A stretch of 62,448 bases of DNA, the filler included. It is 4 parts of 4 records of this genome, joined end to end, with 100 filler letters (N's around TTAATTAATTAA, not from the genome) between each part and the next. Parts side by side here need not be neighbours in the genome. Positions count along the whole stretch, not along the records: positions 24,039 to 30,836 come from SRR22947725_2361; positions 30,937 to 49,991 come from SRR22947725_2362; 2 more parts are not named here. One strand, written 5' to 3'. A program made the position numbers and the translations under genes. Under the pieces are notes generated by a model. That model was given only the letters and a program-made list of their open reading frames with translations, was not told where the DNA came from and searched no databases. This document shows, one piece after another, positions 29,485-39,681 of the stretch (positions are counted from its first letter, which is position 1; each line of letters opens with the position of its first letter).

Positions 29485-30297
29485 CTATCTCCAGAATTGG
29501 TGAAAATGATGCACCGGTCCATGACCTTGCCCAATGCCAAGCTGATCGGCAGCCTTGATTGCGCCATGAAGCCATTGATGCGCTGTACCAATGGCGTCAT
29601 CAAGTGCTAAATTTTTAGCAAGACCCGCGGCAATCGCCGATGACAGCGAACATCCCGTGCCATGCGTATTGCCGGTATCAATGCGCGGCGCGTTGAAACC
29701 GATGATTTGCGACTCAGTCACCAAATAATCATGGCAAACCGCGCCATCGGCATGGCCGCCTTTCATTAAAATCGCCGCTGGCCCCAGCGCCAAAAGCGCT
29801 TTGCCCTGGTCTTGTGGCGTCAAATCACCCTTGCCCGACAAAAGCCGATGTGCTTCGGGGATATTGGGGGTTAGCAGGCTGGCACGCGGCAGCAACCTCT
29901 CAATCAGGCAGGATACGGCATCATCTTGCAGCAATGCATCGCCTGATTTTGCCACCATGACCGGATCAAGGACAATCGGCCCACGAAAATCGGCAAGACC
30001 ATCGGCAACAGCGTTAATTACCGCAGGCGTTGCCAACATCCCAATTTTAATAACGTCAATCCGGATATCCGACAGCACCGCGTCAATCTGCGCCCTGATC
30101 ATCGCTGGTGAAATCGCTTCGACCTTTGTGACCAATCGGGTGTTTTGCGCCGTGACCGCAGTAACAACGCTTGCGCCATAAACGCAATGCGCGGAAAAGC
30201 TTTTCAAATCAGCCTGAATCCCCGCGCCGCCGCCACTGTCCGAACCGGCAATGGTCAATGCGGATGCAACTGGCTTTTGTTTGTCTGATTTCAACAT
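29485..30297 (-). CDS. thiD: HMP/HMP-P kinase
   Basis: IAGSDSGGGAGIQADLK, TAQNT, DPVMVAKSG, TPNIPE, THGTGC. Confidence 0.97.
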   Translation of the reverse strand: MLKSDKQKPVASALTIAGSDSGGGAGIQADLKSFSAHCVYGASVVTAVTAQNTRLVTKVEAISPAMIRAQIDAVLSDIRIDVIKIGMLATPAVINAVADGLADFRGPIVLDPVMVAKSGDALLQDDAVSCLIERLLPRASLLTPNIPEAHRLLSGKGDLTPQDQGKALLALGPAAILMKGGHADGAVCHDYLVTESQIIGFNAPRIDTGNTHGTGCSLSSAIAAGLAKNLALDDAIGTAHQWLHGAIKAADQLGIGQGHGPVHHFHQFWR

Positions 30298-30365
30298 GCG
30301 ACGCGTCCCAAAAACAAATGACTTGCGTGGGAACAGGAGAGATAGCCGCTACGATCTGGTATGAT

Positions 30366-30470
30366 CTCCGTTCCCTACGCCAGTTTTAACTGGATCAGGT
30401 TCTATGAGTTAGCTCTCGCTTCTCAGCCTTGGCATCACCTAACTGGTCAAACCAATGCACCCCAACAGAT
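30366..30470 (-). ncRNA. TPP (THI-box) riboswitch
   Basis: Minus strand reads CTGTTGGGGTGC...GCTGAGA...GAACCTGATCCAGTTAAAACTGGCGTAGGGAACGG, the canonical core, about 70 nt upstream of thiD. Confidence 0.97.
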
Positions 30471-30687
30471 ATCTCACCCTAGCCAGCCACAGCGACAATT
30501 TCAAGCACGAAGATCACTGCCGCGACGACGGCTCGATTCGGCATTGTCTCAAACCCCACATTTTCAAAAAATATTTCCCAAATTTTCAATCGACGAGCAT
30601 TTATTTTCTGTATGAGCGGATTATGCCTTTCCAAAAGAATAAAAAATGCTATCTGGAGTGCCTTACAGCTTTTGACTGAGGTGCGGT

Positions 30688-30836
30688 GTGGAAACAATTT
30701 TCGAATGGCGCGACATTTATGGTGTCACGACGCTTGTTCTCGCAGCAAGTCTGCTTGTTGGCGGTCTGTTTGGTTGGCTTGCCGAACGAAGTGATTATTG
30801 CGCTCGCTCGGCTTATGACGAGATATTTTCATTGAC
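30688..30836 (+). CDS. YeeE/YedE family membrane protein, N-terminal fragment
   Basis: LLVGGLFGWLAERSDYCAR resembles the G..FG...QRSRFC motif; truncated by the contig end. Confidence 0.65.
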
Positions 30837-30936
30837 NNNNNNNNNNNNNNNNNNNNNNNNNNNNNNNNNNNNNNNNNNNNTTAATTAATTAANNNNNNNN
30901 NNNNNNNNNNNNNNNNNNNNNNNNNNNNNNNNNNNN
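30837..30936. other. Artificial contig-join spacer
   Basis: N-run with TTAATTAATTAA; GC content drops sharply after it. Confidence 0.99.
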
Positions 30937-31803
30937 TTTACTAGATATAGACTTCTTAACCATTCCAGCAGTTACATTGCCAGGACCAATATGTATCCAT
31001 TCTGAAGGTTTAATTTCATCATCTATCTTAAGTATTTGGTCATAAAATAGCACAGAGTTGTCAATTTGATCAACTAAGCGTTCTTTAAGGGTTTCTTTAG
31101 ACGCTAAGTTTGCATCAACATTCATATAGACAGGTATTGAACCATCTTTTAGCGTAACCTCTTCAAACGCAGCTGCAAGTTCTGGTTTTGCAGGGGAGAC
31201 AATTTTACTATGAAATGCACCAGCAACTTCAAGGGGTATAACCCTTCTTGCGCTTAGTGCTTTCGAGTTAGATTTGAGATATTCAAGGTTTTCAATGGTT
31301 GAACTAATAACTATTTGAGAAGCATCATTGTAATTGGAGATCCAGACTTCAATATCTTGAGAATTTAAAGCTTCGATCTCTTTTAGTGTTGCCTCCAAGT
31401 CGGTAGTCAACACTGCTGCCATACCAGTATTAGAGTTTTCAACTGATTCTTGCATCGCTTCACCTCGAACAGAGATAACTTTTAAAGCATCGGTAAAATC
31501 AAAAAAACCACTTAAGGCAAGGGCAGTATACTCTCCAAGTGAATGTCCTATAAGAGCAGATGGCTTTCCATAGTTGTTAATTACTTCTAAACCGTAACAA
31601 TAGGAGATTGCAAATATATATGGTTGAGCAATATTAGTCTTCTTAATAGACTCAGCATCACCATTATTAATGATGTCTTTCAGGGACCATCCCAGTGAAT
31701 CGTCGAAAATATCGATTAGGAGTTCGGGATATTTTTCAAGAAGTTCTTTCCCCATTCCTGGTTCTTGAGACCCCTGTCCCGGAAACATTCCAACCCAACT
31801 CAT
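30937..31803 (-). CDS. fabD: Malonyl-CoA:ACP transacylase (3' end truncated)
   Basis: FPGQGSQ, AQP, GHSLGEY, VAGAFHS, IGPG. Confidence 0.95.
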
Positions 31804-32180
31804 TACACCACCTCAGAGACTGCAAAAGCAATTGCCATTTCTTGCTCATGAGACAATGAGATATGTACATCTTTTATATTGTTCTCTGAAGCTAGCGCAG
31901 CCGCTTTCCCATGAAGAATGACTGTTGGTTTTCCACCACCAGTGATTTCTATTTCTTTCCAGTTCAACTGACGCCATCCTTTTCCAAGAGATTTCATAAC
32001 TGCTTCTTTGCCTGCAAACCTTGCTCCTAGTCTTTTCGACGGATCATTAAACCTATTTGCATAAAGTATCTCATTTTTTGTGAAACATCTTTTTTCAAAC
32101 TTGGACTGATTTTTACTCAGTAGTTTTCTCACTCTATTCAGATTAACTTGATCAACCCCGACGCCGTAGATACTCGTCAT
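31803..32180 (-). CDS. acpS: Holo-ACP synthase
   Basis: GVGVD, RFAGKEAVMKSLG, GKP, SLSHE. Confidence 0.95.
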   Translation of the reverse strand: MTSIYGVGVDQVNLNRVRKLLSKNQSKFEKRCFTKNEILYANRFNDPSKRLGARFAGKEAVMKSLGKGWRQLNWKEIEITGGGKPTVILHGKAAALASENNIKDVHISLSHEQEMAIAFAVSEVV

Positions 32181-33868
32181 TAGAGTTCTATTTCAACAAG
32201 GACATCACCTTTATTAACTGGCTGACCTTTTTTAATATTAAATTGTTTAATTACACCATTTATAGGTGCAGTGATGACATTCTCCATTTTCATTGCCTCT
32301 AACACAAAGAGAGAATCACCCTTTTTAACCTTTTTACCCTTTTTAGTCATTGTGTCCATAATGGTACCTTGCATGCTTGCAGTAATTATTCCTGGATTTC
32401 TAATGCTTCCAGTCAAGTCCATCCCTATTCTTTTAGGTGGTTGTGGTGCGAGAGTTGGTGAACCTGTTTCGTCAAGAGAGATATTTACTTTTCTAGGTCT
32501 ATCAGTAGACACTTCCTCTTGAACTTCCTTAATTTTGAAGTTTTCTTCTAGAAACTTAACATGAACTTTACCTTCTTTAAACTCCTTAGTCTTGAGGACA
32601 TCAGACAAGACCCCAATAGTTGTTGGAATCCCTCCAACAATATATTCTTCTAAGCAACGTTCTCCTTTAGATAATGCCTCTTCTCTTGAAACACCCCAAA
32701 CAATTAATTTTGCAATTAAATTGTCATAAAAGTGAGATATTGCAGTTCCAGTTTTAACCCATCCATCAACACGTACACCATTTCCCATAGGTTCTCTATA
32801 TTCCGTAATTGTGCCAGGAGTTGGTAAAAAGTTATTTGCTGGGTCTTCAGCATTGATTCTAAATTCGATACTGTGACCTCTTGGTTCAACTACAAAATCT
32901 TCTAATGAGTTTCCAAGAGCTATCTTTATCTGCTCTTTGACAATATCAATTCCATAACGCATTTCAGTAACAGTGTGCTCCACTTGAAGCCTCGTATTCA
33001 TTTCAAGGAAGTAAAAATTTTCATCAGAATCAGCTAAAAATTCAACTGTTCCAGCATTTACATAGTTAGAGATATCTGCAATTCGCATTGTTGCATCTTT
33101 TAGTTTTTCTTTTCCATACTCTGACAGCCATATTGGAGGACTCTCTTCAATAAGCTTTTGATTTCTTCTTTGCAGTGAGCAATCTCGCTCTCCGAGGTAT
33201 ATATGGTTTCCAAATTTATCACTAAGAATCTGTGTCTCCACATGCCTTGCTGGCTTTATAAACTTTTCAACATAAACCTGGTCAGATCCAAAATAAGCTT
33301 CACTCTCTCGTTTAACAATTTCAAAGTTTTCATCTAGCTCAGCGTCATTTTTAACAATTCTCAGTCCTTTTCCACCACCACCGTGAGCTGCTTTTAGAGC
33401 AACTGGATAACCAAATTTGTTGGCATCTTTCAATGCCTCTCTCTTTGTTCTTGATGGTTTCAGTTGACCTGGTACAGGTTGTAGTCCTGCTTTAGAAATA
33501 AGTTTTCTTGATTCAATTTTGTCACCCATAGATTTAATTGTTTCAGCATTTGGCCCTATCCAGATGACCCCTTTTTTTTGGACTGCTTTTGCAAAATCTG
33601 CGTTCTCAGCTAAAAAACCATATCCTGGGTGAACCATATCTGCATTGGTCTCATCAAGAGCCTTCATTAGATTTTTAATGTTCCTATAACTTTCTGCAGG
33701 AAGCGATCCACCAAGATAGTATGATTCATCAGCTCTTTTTACATGCAGAGAATCAGTGTCTACATCTGAGTACACGGCAATCGTATATAAGCCCATCTCT
33801 TTTGCAGAGCGAATTATTCGAAGTGCTATTTCACCACGATTTGCAATAAGGAGCCTTTTTTGAGTCAT
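32180..33868 (-). CDS. Fused biotin carboxylase/BCCP (acyl-CoA carboxylase alpha subunit)
   Basis: ANRGEIA, HPGYGFLAEN, GGGGKG, RDCSLQRR, EMNTRLQVEH, and C-terminal EAMKM biotinylation site; actinobacterial-type fusion. Confidence 0.95.
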   Translation of the reverse strand: MTQKRLLIANRGEIALRIIRSAKEMGLYTIAVYSDVDTDSLHVKRADESYYLGGSLPAESYRNIKNLMKALDETNADMVHPGYGFLAENADFAKAVQKKGVIWIGPNAETIKSMGDKIESRKLISKAGLQPVPGQLKPSRTKREALKDANKFGYPVALKAAHGGGGKGLRIVKNDAELDENFEIVKRESEAYFGSDQVYVEKFIKPARHVETQILSDKFGNHIYLGERDCSLQRRNQKLIEESPPIWLSEYGKEKLKDATMRIADISNYVNAGTVEFLADSDENFYFLEMNTRLQVEHTVTEMRYGIDIVKEQIKIALGNSLEDFVVEPRGHSIEFRINAEDPANNFLPTPGTITEYREPMGNGVRVDGWVKTGTAISHFYDNLIAKLIVWGVSREEALSKGERCLEEYIVGGIPTTIGVLSDVLKTKEFKEGKVHVKFLEENFKIKEVQEEVSTDRPRKVNISLDETGSPTLAPQPPKRIGMDLTGSIRNPGIITASMQGTIMDTMTKKGKKVKKGDSLFVLEAMKMENVITAPINGVIKQFNIKKGQPVNKGDVLVEIEL

Positions 33869-33871
33869 AAG

Positions 33872-34411
33872 TTATTTAATTTTGTATGCAATTAAGACTG
33901 CGCCAAATCCTTTTATTAAATCACCAATTAGAAAGGGTACAACTCCGATAGTAAAGGCTTCGATTACTGAAATATTTAAAATAATAGTAAGCCCAAAAAC
34001 CCCACATAAATAGATCATGCCGGTTCCTAAAAGTATTCCAACCAAGGGTGTGTGTGATAACCTTCCAATAATCTGAGCAGCTAGAAAGAAACCAATAATG
34101 TAACCTATCGTTGGACTTTTTAAAATTGCTAATCCTGCAACGCTACCTGAAAAGAAAGGGAGACCTGCTAAACCTGTAAACAAGTACATCAACATACTAA
34201 GTGATCCAAAAGTACTACCTAGCAAAAGGCCAGCCAAGATAACAACAAATGTTTGAGCTGTTATTGGCACAGGGGTTATTGGGAGTTCTATTCTAATTTG
34301 AGCACTTAGCGCTGTGACAATTGCAAAACCAAGAGAGAGAAATAAGTTTCTAGCAAGTGATCCTTTTTCTACCCAAGTAATGGCAATATTTTTAGAGGGG
34401 AATGTTTCCAT
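33872..34411 (-). CDS. bioY: Biotin transporter BioY
   Basis: PVPITAQ, GLPFFSG, PTIGYIIGF, PFLIGDLIK. Confidence 0.93.
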   Translation of the reverse strand: METFPSKNIAITWVEKGSLARNLFLSLGFAIVTALSAQIRIELPITPVPITAQTFVVILAGLLLGSTFGSLSMLMYLFTGLAGLPFFSGSVAGLAILKSPTIGYIIGFFLAAQIIGRLSHTPLVGILLGTGMIYLCGVFGLTIILNISVIEAFTIGVVPFLIGDLIKGFGAVLIAYKIK

Positions 34412-35879
34412 GCTTATCTCCTAAATTAGTTTTATTTACAAGCTCTTTAAAAGCTTCAGTAACAACTTTTCTTGTTTCGCTCGGTTTAATAATCTTATCT
34501 ATCAATCCAAGTTTTGCAGCAATATCAGGGTTACTAAATTTTTCATTATATTCATCAACAAGCTTTGCTTTAAACGCATCTTTATCACTAGCTTCTTTAA
34601 TTTCTCGTTTATGAATAATATCTACTGCACCTTCTGCACCCATAACTGCGATTTCAGCACTCGGCCATGCAAAAAGTTTATCAGCACCAAGTCCCATTGA
34701 GTCCATCACAATATATGCTCCACCGTATGCTTTTCTAACAACAACACAAACTCTTGCGACCGTTGCTTCAGAATATGCATACAGCAACTTAGCACCACTT
34801 TTAATAATTCCACCATGCTCTTGTTCTACCCCAGGAAGAAATCCTGGAACATCTACAAGTGTTAAAAGAGGTATGTTAAAAGCGTCACAAAAACGGACAA
34901 ATCTTGCAGCTTTTTCAGAAGCATTAATATCTAACACTCCTGCAACTTCTAAAGGCTGGTTACCAATTATGCCAACAGTGCTGCCATTAAACCTAGCTAA
35001 TGTTGTGATGATATTCAAAGCAAAGTTTGCGTGTATGGGATATTGTTCACCATCATCGACAATATTGTTAATAATGTCATTCATATCATAAGGTTGGTTC
35101 CTATTTTCAGGAATAAAAGAATCTAATAAATCAACATTTTTCTCTGTGTCATCCTCAGTAATAAATACGGGTGGCTTTTGATCAGCTGATTGGGGAAGGA
35201 AGCTTAAAAGGTATCGTACCTCATCAAATGCCTGTTGCTCGTCTTCACAAATTTGATGACTTACACCGGAGAGTGTTCCGTGAGCTTCAATTCCTCCAAG
35301 CTCTTCAAAACTAACATCCTCTCCTGTTACTGTTTTAACAACAGCAGGTCCAGTTACATAAAGTTGACCGATAGCTTTTACCTGAAAAATGAAATCTGTT
35401 AGTGCTGGACTGTAAACAGCTCCACCAGCTGATGGTCCAACGATGACGGAAATCTGAGGAATTTTTCCAGAGGCCTGAACATTCTTTTTAAAAATTTGTG
35501 CATATCCATATAAAGATGAAATACCTTCTTGAATACGAGCACCGCCAGAATCTTTGATGCCAATAATTGGAGCTCTTGCTTCTAAGGCAAGATCCATGAC
35601 TCTTAGAATTTTTTTGGCAACTATTTCACCTAAACTACCACCCATAATTGAGAAATCCTCTGAATAAATATATACGGGTCTTCCGTGAATAGTTCCAGAG
35701 CCTGTAATTACGGCTTCGCCATCAGGATTAGCTTCTGAAGAGACATTTTCATCGATCTCACTAAAAGAACCCTCATCTAAAACAAGGTGAATTCTTTCGT
35801 ATGCAGTAAGCTTACCTTTTGGATGTTGAACTTTTTTGGCTCTCTCATCTCTTTTTTCAGCTAAATTTTCGTCTGACAT
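34392..35879 (-). CDS. Acyl-CoA carboxylase beta (carboxyltransferase) subunit
   Basis: GKLTAYER, GGSLG, SGGARIQEG, AGGAVYSPA, DVPGFLPG, RKAYGGAY, KHGNIPL. Confidence 0.95.
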   Translation of the reverse strand: MSDENLAEKRDERAKKVQHPKGKLTAYERIHLVLDEGSFSEIDENVSSEANPDGEAVITGSGTIHGRPVYIYSEDFSIMGGSLGEIVAKKILRVMDLALEARAPIIGIKDSGGARIQEGISSLYGYAQIFKKNVQASGKIPQISVIVGPSAGGAVYSPALTDFIFQVKAIGQLYVTGPAVVKTVTGEDVSFEELGGIEAHGTLSGVSHQICEDEQQAFDEVRYLLSFLPQSADQKPPVFITEDDTEKNVDLLDSFIPENRNQPYDMNDIINNIVDDGEQYPIHANFALNIITTLARFNGSTVGIIGNQPLEVAGVLDINASEKAARFVRFCDAFNIPLLTLVDVPGFLPGVEQEHGGIIKSGAKLLYAYSEATVARVCVVVRKAYGGAYIVMDSMGLGADKLFAWPSAEIAVMGAEGAVDIIHKREIKEASDKDAFKAKLVDEYNEKFSNPDIAAKLGLIDKIIKPSETRKVVTEAFKELVNKTNLGDKHGNIPL

Positions 35880-35944
35880 GGTCGTCTTTCTTGTTTATTG
35901 TTAGTGTAAGTATTTGACCTATATATATGTAAAGAAGTAACACT

Positions 35945-36601
35945 ATGAAAGTAGTTTTTTTTGAATCTATCCACAATACGCAGGATTATGCACTAGAGAA
36001 TTTTGAGGCAGAACCCCTACTTGTGATTAGCTATTTCCAAGAAAAAGGTCGAGGTACAGATAATAAGGACTGGCAAAATGCTGACCAAGCGTTGGCTTGT
36101 TCATTAGTTTTTACAGATATTCCAAAACCTTTTACAAAAACCTTAATTCCGCTAATTTCTGGAAATTCATTCATAAAAACGATTAATAATCTTCAACTCC
36201 AACTCAAATGGCCAAATGATATTGTGTTCAATGATTCAAAAGTTGGAGGAGTTCTAGTTGAAGAGAAAGAAAATAAAATATGCATCGGCATGGGAATAAA
36301 CTATTTTTGGGATACCCCAGAGTTACCTAATGCCGCATCTTTATACGAAGAAAAAATAGATAATGAGACCATTAATCAAGATGCAACAACCTGGGCAGAA
36401 CATACATTAGATACGATCCAGAACAACAGTTTTGATTTTGATGAGTATAAATCTCAACTGACAACACTTGGAAAGCTTATTGAATACCCAGAGGGAAGAG
36501 GGTGGGCAAGAGATATTGCAAAGGACGGCTCTTTAGTTGTTGAAACAATTTCAGGTGAGATGATTAATTTAACCTCTCCCTTAATATCAGAAGTGAAGTA
36601 G
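35945..36601 (+). CDS. birA: Biotin-protein ligase (no HTH domain)
   Basis: QEKGRG, LKWPNDI, KVGGVL, GMGIN; divergent from the carboxylase operon. Confidence 0.85.
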   Translation: MKVVFFESIHNTQDYALENFEAEPLLVISYFQEKGRGTDNKDWQNADQALACSLVFTDIPKPFTKTLIPLISGNSFIKTINNLQLQLKWPNDIVFNDSKVGGVLVEEKENKICIGMGINYFWDTPELPNAASLYEEKIDNETINQDATTWAEHTLDTIQNNSFDFDEYKSQLTTLGKLIEYPEGRGWARDIAKDGSLVVETISGEMINLTSPLISEVK

Positions 36602-36627
36602 TTATCATTAATGAAGGTGATTATTAA

Positions 36628-38745
36628 ATGAAACAATTAGTCGTTGAGAGAAATAACCCAGTACCAGTTATTTGGGAAACCCCCATTCCTCAACCTGGTC
36701 CAAATGAAGTATTAATTAGGAATCACTACTCAGTTGTATCTTCAGGTACAGAACTTGCTTCAATTGAGTCAGCAAACAAATCTGTCACCGATAAATTACA
36801 GGATTCTTCAAATATCAGCAAGGGACTAGATCTTCTTAAAAAAGAGGGTCTAGGAGCTGTAATTGATGCAGTCTTTCCAAAAAACGTTTTACCTCTCCAG
36901 CTTGGATACAGCTCATGTGGAGAAGTTATTCAAACTGGTAAAGATGTAAAAGATTTCCATGTTGGAGATAAAGTTGTTTCTAATGGAGCTCATGCTGAAT
37001 ATGTAACCGTTAATCAGAATTTGTGTTCAAGAATGCCTGATGAAACCTCCGAAAAAGAAGCAGCCTTCACAGTTCTTGGAAGCATTGCCCTACATGGTTT
37101 ACGACTTTCAGAAACTACTCTTGGTTCAAAAATAGTCGTCATTGGATTGGGTATTGTAGGACAACTTGTATGTCGATTAGCAGAAGCTCAGGGTTCGGAA
37201 GTAATTGGTATTGATCCAGACGAGAAAAGAACTCAAGGTAGAGCTAATTTTTATACTTCGATTGATGGAGCTATTAATGATAAAAGTATAAATTCAGAAA
37301 ATGTAGATGCAGTTATCATCACAGCCGCGTCATCAAGTAACGAACCTATAGAAGTGGCAACACGAATAGCCAGGAACAAAGCAAAAATTGTCGTCGTAGG
37401 TGATATTCCTCTTAATATTTCAAGAAATGAATTTTACTATAAAGAGTTAGAGTTAGTAGTTTCAAAGTCCTATGGTCCAGGCAGGTATGATAAACAGTAT
37501 GAGGTTCTTGGCAATGATTATCCAATAGAACATGTTCGATGGACAGAAAATAGAAACTTTTCTGCTTTTTTACAACTCTTACAAACAAATCAGCTCTCTT
37601 TAAGCGACATGATTTCTGAGGAGATAGATTTTATTGACTCTCCTTCGATTTATGAACGATTTGATTCTGAAGAGAAACCCCTTTCAATTGTTCTCAGATA
37701 TGACTTAAAAAATGAGCCGAAGATTGATTTTGAAAAACAAGATACTGAGAACTTAGCTGATAGTAAAAAAATTAAACTAGGAATAATTGGTGCTGGAAAT
37801 TTTGCATCATCAACTATTCTTCCGATTTTGAGAGAGTTAAAAAGAGAGTGTGAAGTAGTAGGAGTCGCATCCTCAGGGGGTTTGAGCGCTGAACTGCTAT
37901 CAAGAAATTTCAAAATAAAGAATAAATACTCGACTGAAAGTGAAATTTTTGAATCCGAAGAGATAGATGCAGTATTTATACTTACACAACACCATAATCA
38001 TGCAGAATTGGTAATTAAAGCTGTTAATGCTGGAAAAGCAGTGTATGTTGAAAAACCTCTAGCTCTAGAAGTCGAATCTCTGACTGCCATTGAGGAAGCT
38101 ATGTACAATGCAGAAAACCCTAAGATTTTCCTTGGTTTTAATAGAAGGTTTGCTGAAGCTACTCAATTTATTAAATCAAGGTTAAATACTTCTCCGGCAA
38201 ACAGTATCAATTTTCGATTCAGTGTCCCTGCTTTAGATAAAGACCACTGGACAAATATGAAAGAAATTGGTGGCGGGAGAGTAGTTGGTGAGGCAGTACA
38301 TGCAATAGATCTAGCTACATATTTATTTGACTCACTTCCACAAAGTATCTCAGCCTCATCACCCATTGACAAGGAAAATGACACAGCTTTAGATAATCAA
38401 GTATTTATTAATATTAATTTTGCCAATGGTTCTCACGCAGCAATTCAATATTTTAGTGAGACTAACCAAGCATTAGCTAAAGAACGAATAGAGGTTCATG
38501 GTGGTGGCAATTCTTATATAATGGAAGATTTCCAGATGCTCAGATACTTAGAAGGTTCTGATGATAAAAGTAAAGTATTTTCCAAAGGTAAGGGCCATAA
38601 AGAAGCTATTGAGACCTTTCTCTCCTATGTAAAAGGTGAGTCAAATAATCCATATACTTGGCTCGAACTCAGGTCTGTTGCTAAAGCAGCAATCTACTCT
38701 CAAGATTATATGAATTCAGGGTCTCAACACAGTATTTTTTCATAG
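36628..38745 (+). CDS. Bi-domain oxidoreductase (Zn-ADH-like plus Gfo/Idh/MocA)
   Basis: SSGTE, LGYSSCG, SYGPGRYD, RWTENRN, GAGNFA, EKP, GFNRRF. Confidence 0.9.
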   Translation: MKQLVVERNNPVPVIWETPIPQPGPNEVLIRNHYSVVSSGTELASIESANKSVTDKLQDSSNISKGLDLLKKEGLGAVIDAVFPKNVLPLQLGYSSCGEVIQTGKDVKDFHVGDKVVSNGAHAEYVTVNQNLCSRMPDETSEKEAAFTVLGSIALHGLRLSETTLGSKIVVIGLGIVGQLVCRLAEAQGSEVIGIDPDEKRTQGRANFYTSIDGAINDKSINSENVDAVIITAASSSNEPIEVATRIARNKAKIVVVGDIPLNISRNEFYYKELELVVSKSYGPGRYDKQYEVLGNDYPIEHVRWTENRNFSAFLQLLQTNQLSLSDMISEEIDFIDSPSIYERFDSEEKPLSIVLRYDLKNEPKIDFEKQDTENLADSKKIKLGIIGAGNFASSTILPILRELKRECEVVGVASSGGLSAELLSRNFKIKNKYSTESEIFESEEIDAVFILTQHHNHAELVIKAVNAGKAVYVEKPLALEVESLTAIEEAMYNAENPKIFLGFNRRFAEATQFIKSRLNTSPANSINFRFSVPALDKDHWTNMKEIGGGRVVGEAVHAIDLATYLFDSLPQSISASSPIDKENDTALDNQVFININFANGSHAAIQYFSETNQALAKERIEVHGGGNSYIMEDFQMLRYLEGSDDKSKVFSKGKGHKEAIETFLSYVKGESNNPYTWLELRSVAKAAIYSQDYMNSGSQHSIFS

Positions 38746-38747
38746 AT

Positions 38748-39557
38748 ATGAATACTTCTTTCGATATTTATGAATTAAATAATGCTGTCCTAGAAGCTGC
38801 TAAAACTATAAAAGATATGAGAGATGATTTTACTATTGATTCAAAAGATGCAGTGGTGGACTTAGTAACAAATGCAGATCTTAAGGCCGAAGAAATTCTT
38901 ATAGAAGCTATAACCAAATACTTTCCGGAGGATGGAGTTATTTCAGAAGAATCCGATGAAGTGATTTCCTCTAATGGAAGATCATGGTTAATTGATCCCT
39001 TGGATGGGACTGTAAACTACGCCAACAACATACCACAAGTAGCAATCACGCTGACTCTACTAATCAATAAAGTACCCGTACAAACTTATGTTTATGATAT
39101 TTTTCAGGATGATTTATATGAAGGATATGTAGACAAGGGTGCGTATAAAAATTCTCAAAAATTACAAGTTACAAAAGAAACATCACTACAAAAAGCAATC
39201 GTTGCCACGGGTTTCCCCTATGACAGGTTGGAGTTTGGAGAGCAATACTTACAGACCTTCCTCTCGATTCTCAAAATGACGGGTGGAGTAAGAAGGTTTG
39301 GATCGGCAGCACTAGATGTTTGCTGGGTTGCCGATAATAAATTTGATGCTTATTATGAATTTTTTATTAAGCCTTGGGACACTTTAGGGGCTAGCTTAAT
39401 TTTAAAAGAAGCTGGAGGACTTGTAGTTGATGAACATGAAGCCTTTCCAACACTTTCATCAAACTTAATTATTGCTACAAATAGATCTATCCATGATGAT
39501 TTCAAGTCTTTAGTTCTCAAAAATATAGATTCTGATTTAAAAGAAAGATTTAGTTAG
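38748..39557 (+). CDS. suhB: Inositol monophosphatase family protein
   Basis: DLVTNAD, SEE, WLIDPLDGTVNY, TGFPY, RRFGSAALD, KPWD. Confidence 0.9.
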   Translation: MNTSFDIYELNNAVLEAAKTIKDMRDDFTIDSKDAVVDLVTNADLKAEEILIEAITKYFPEDGVISEESDEVISSNGRSWLIDPLDGTVNYANNIPQVAITLTLLINKVPVQTYVYDIFQDDLYEGYVDKGAYKNSQKLQVTKETSLQKAIVATGFPYDRLEFGEQYLQTFLSILKMTGGVRRFGSAALDVCWVADNKFDAYYEFFIKPWDTLGASLILKEAGGLVVDEHEAFPTLSSNLIIATNRSIHDDFKSLVLKNIDSDLKERFS

Positions 39558-39681
39558 TTTTATTTCTTTCATCAAGTTGCTTTTATCATCGGGTTAGGAT
39601 GTCTGTCAGTGATTTTTATGTAGAATTTGAGGAGTTTTTAATTTTAAGTGTTGATGAACAGATGGTAATCTTGAATAGAGA

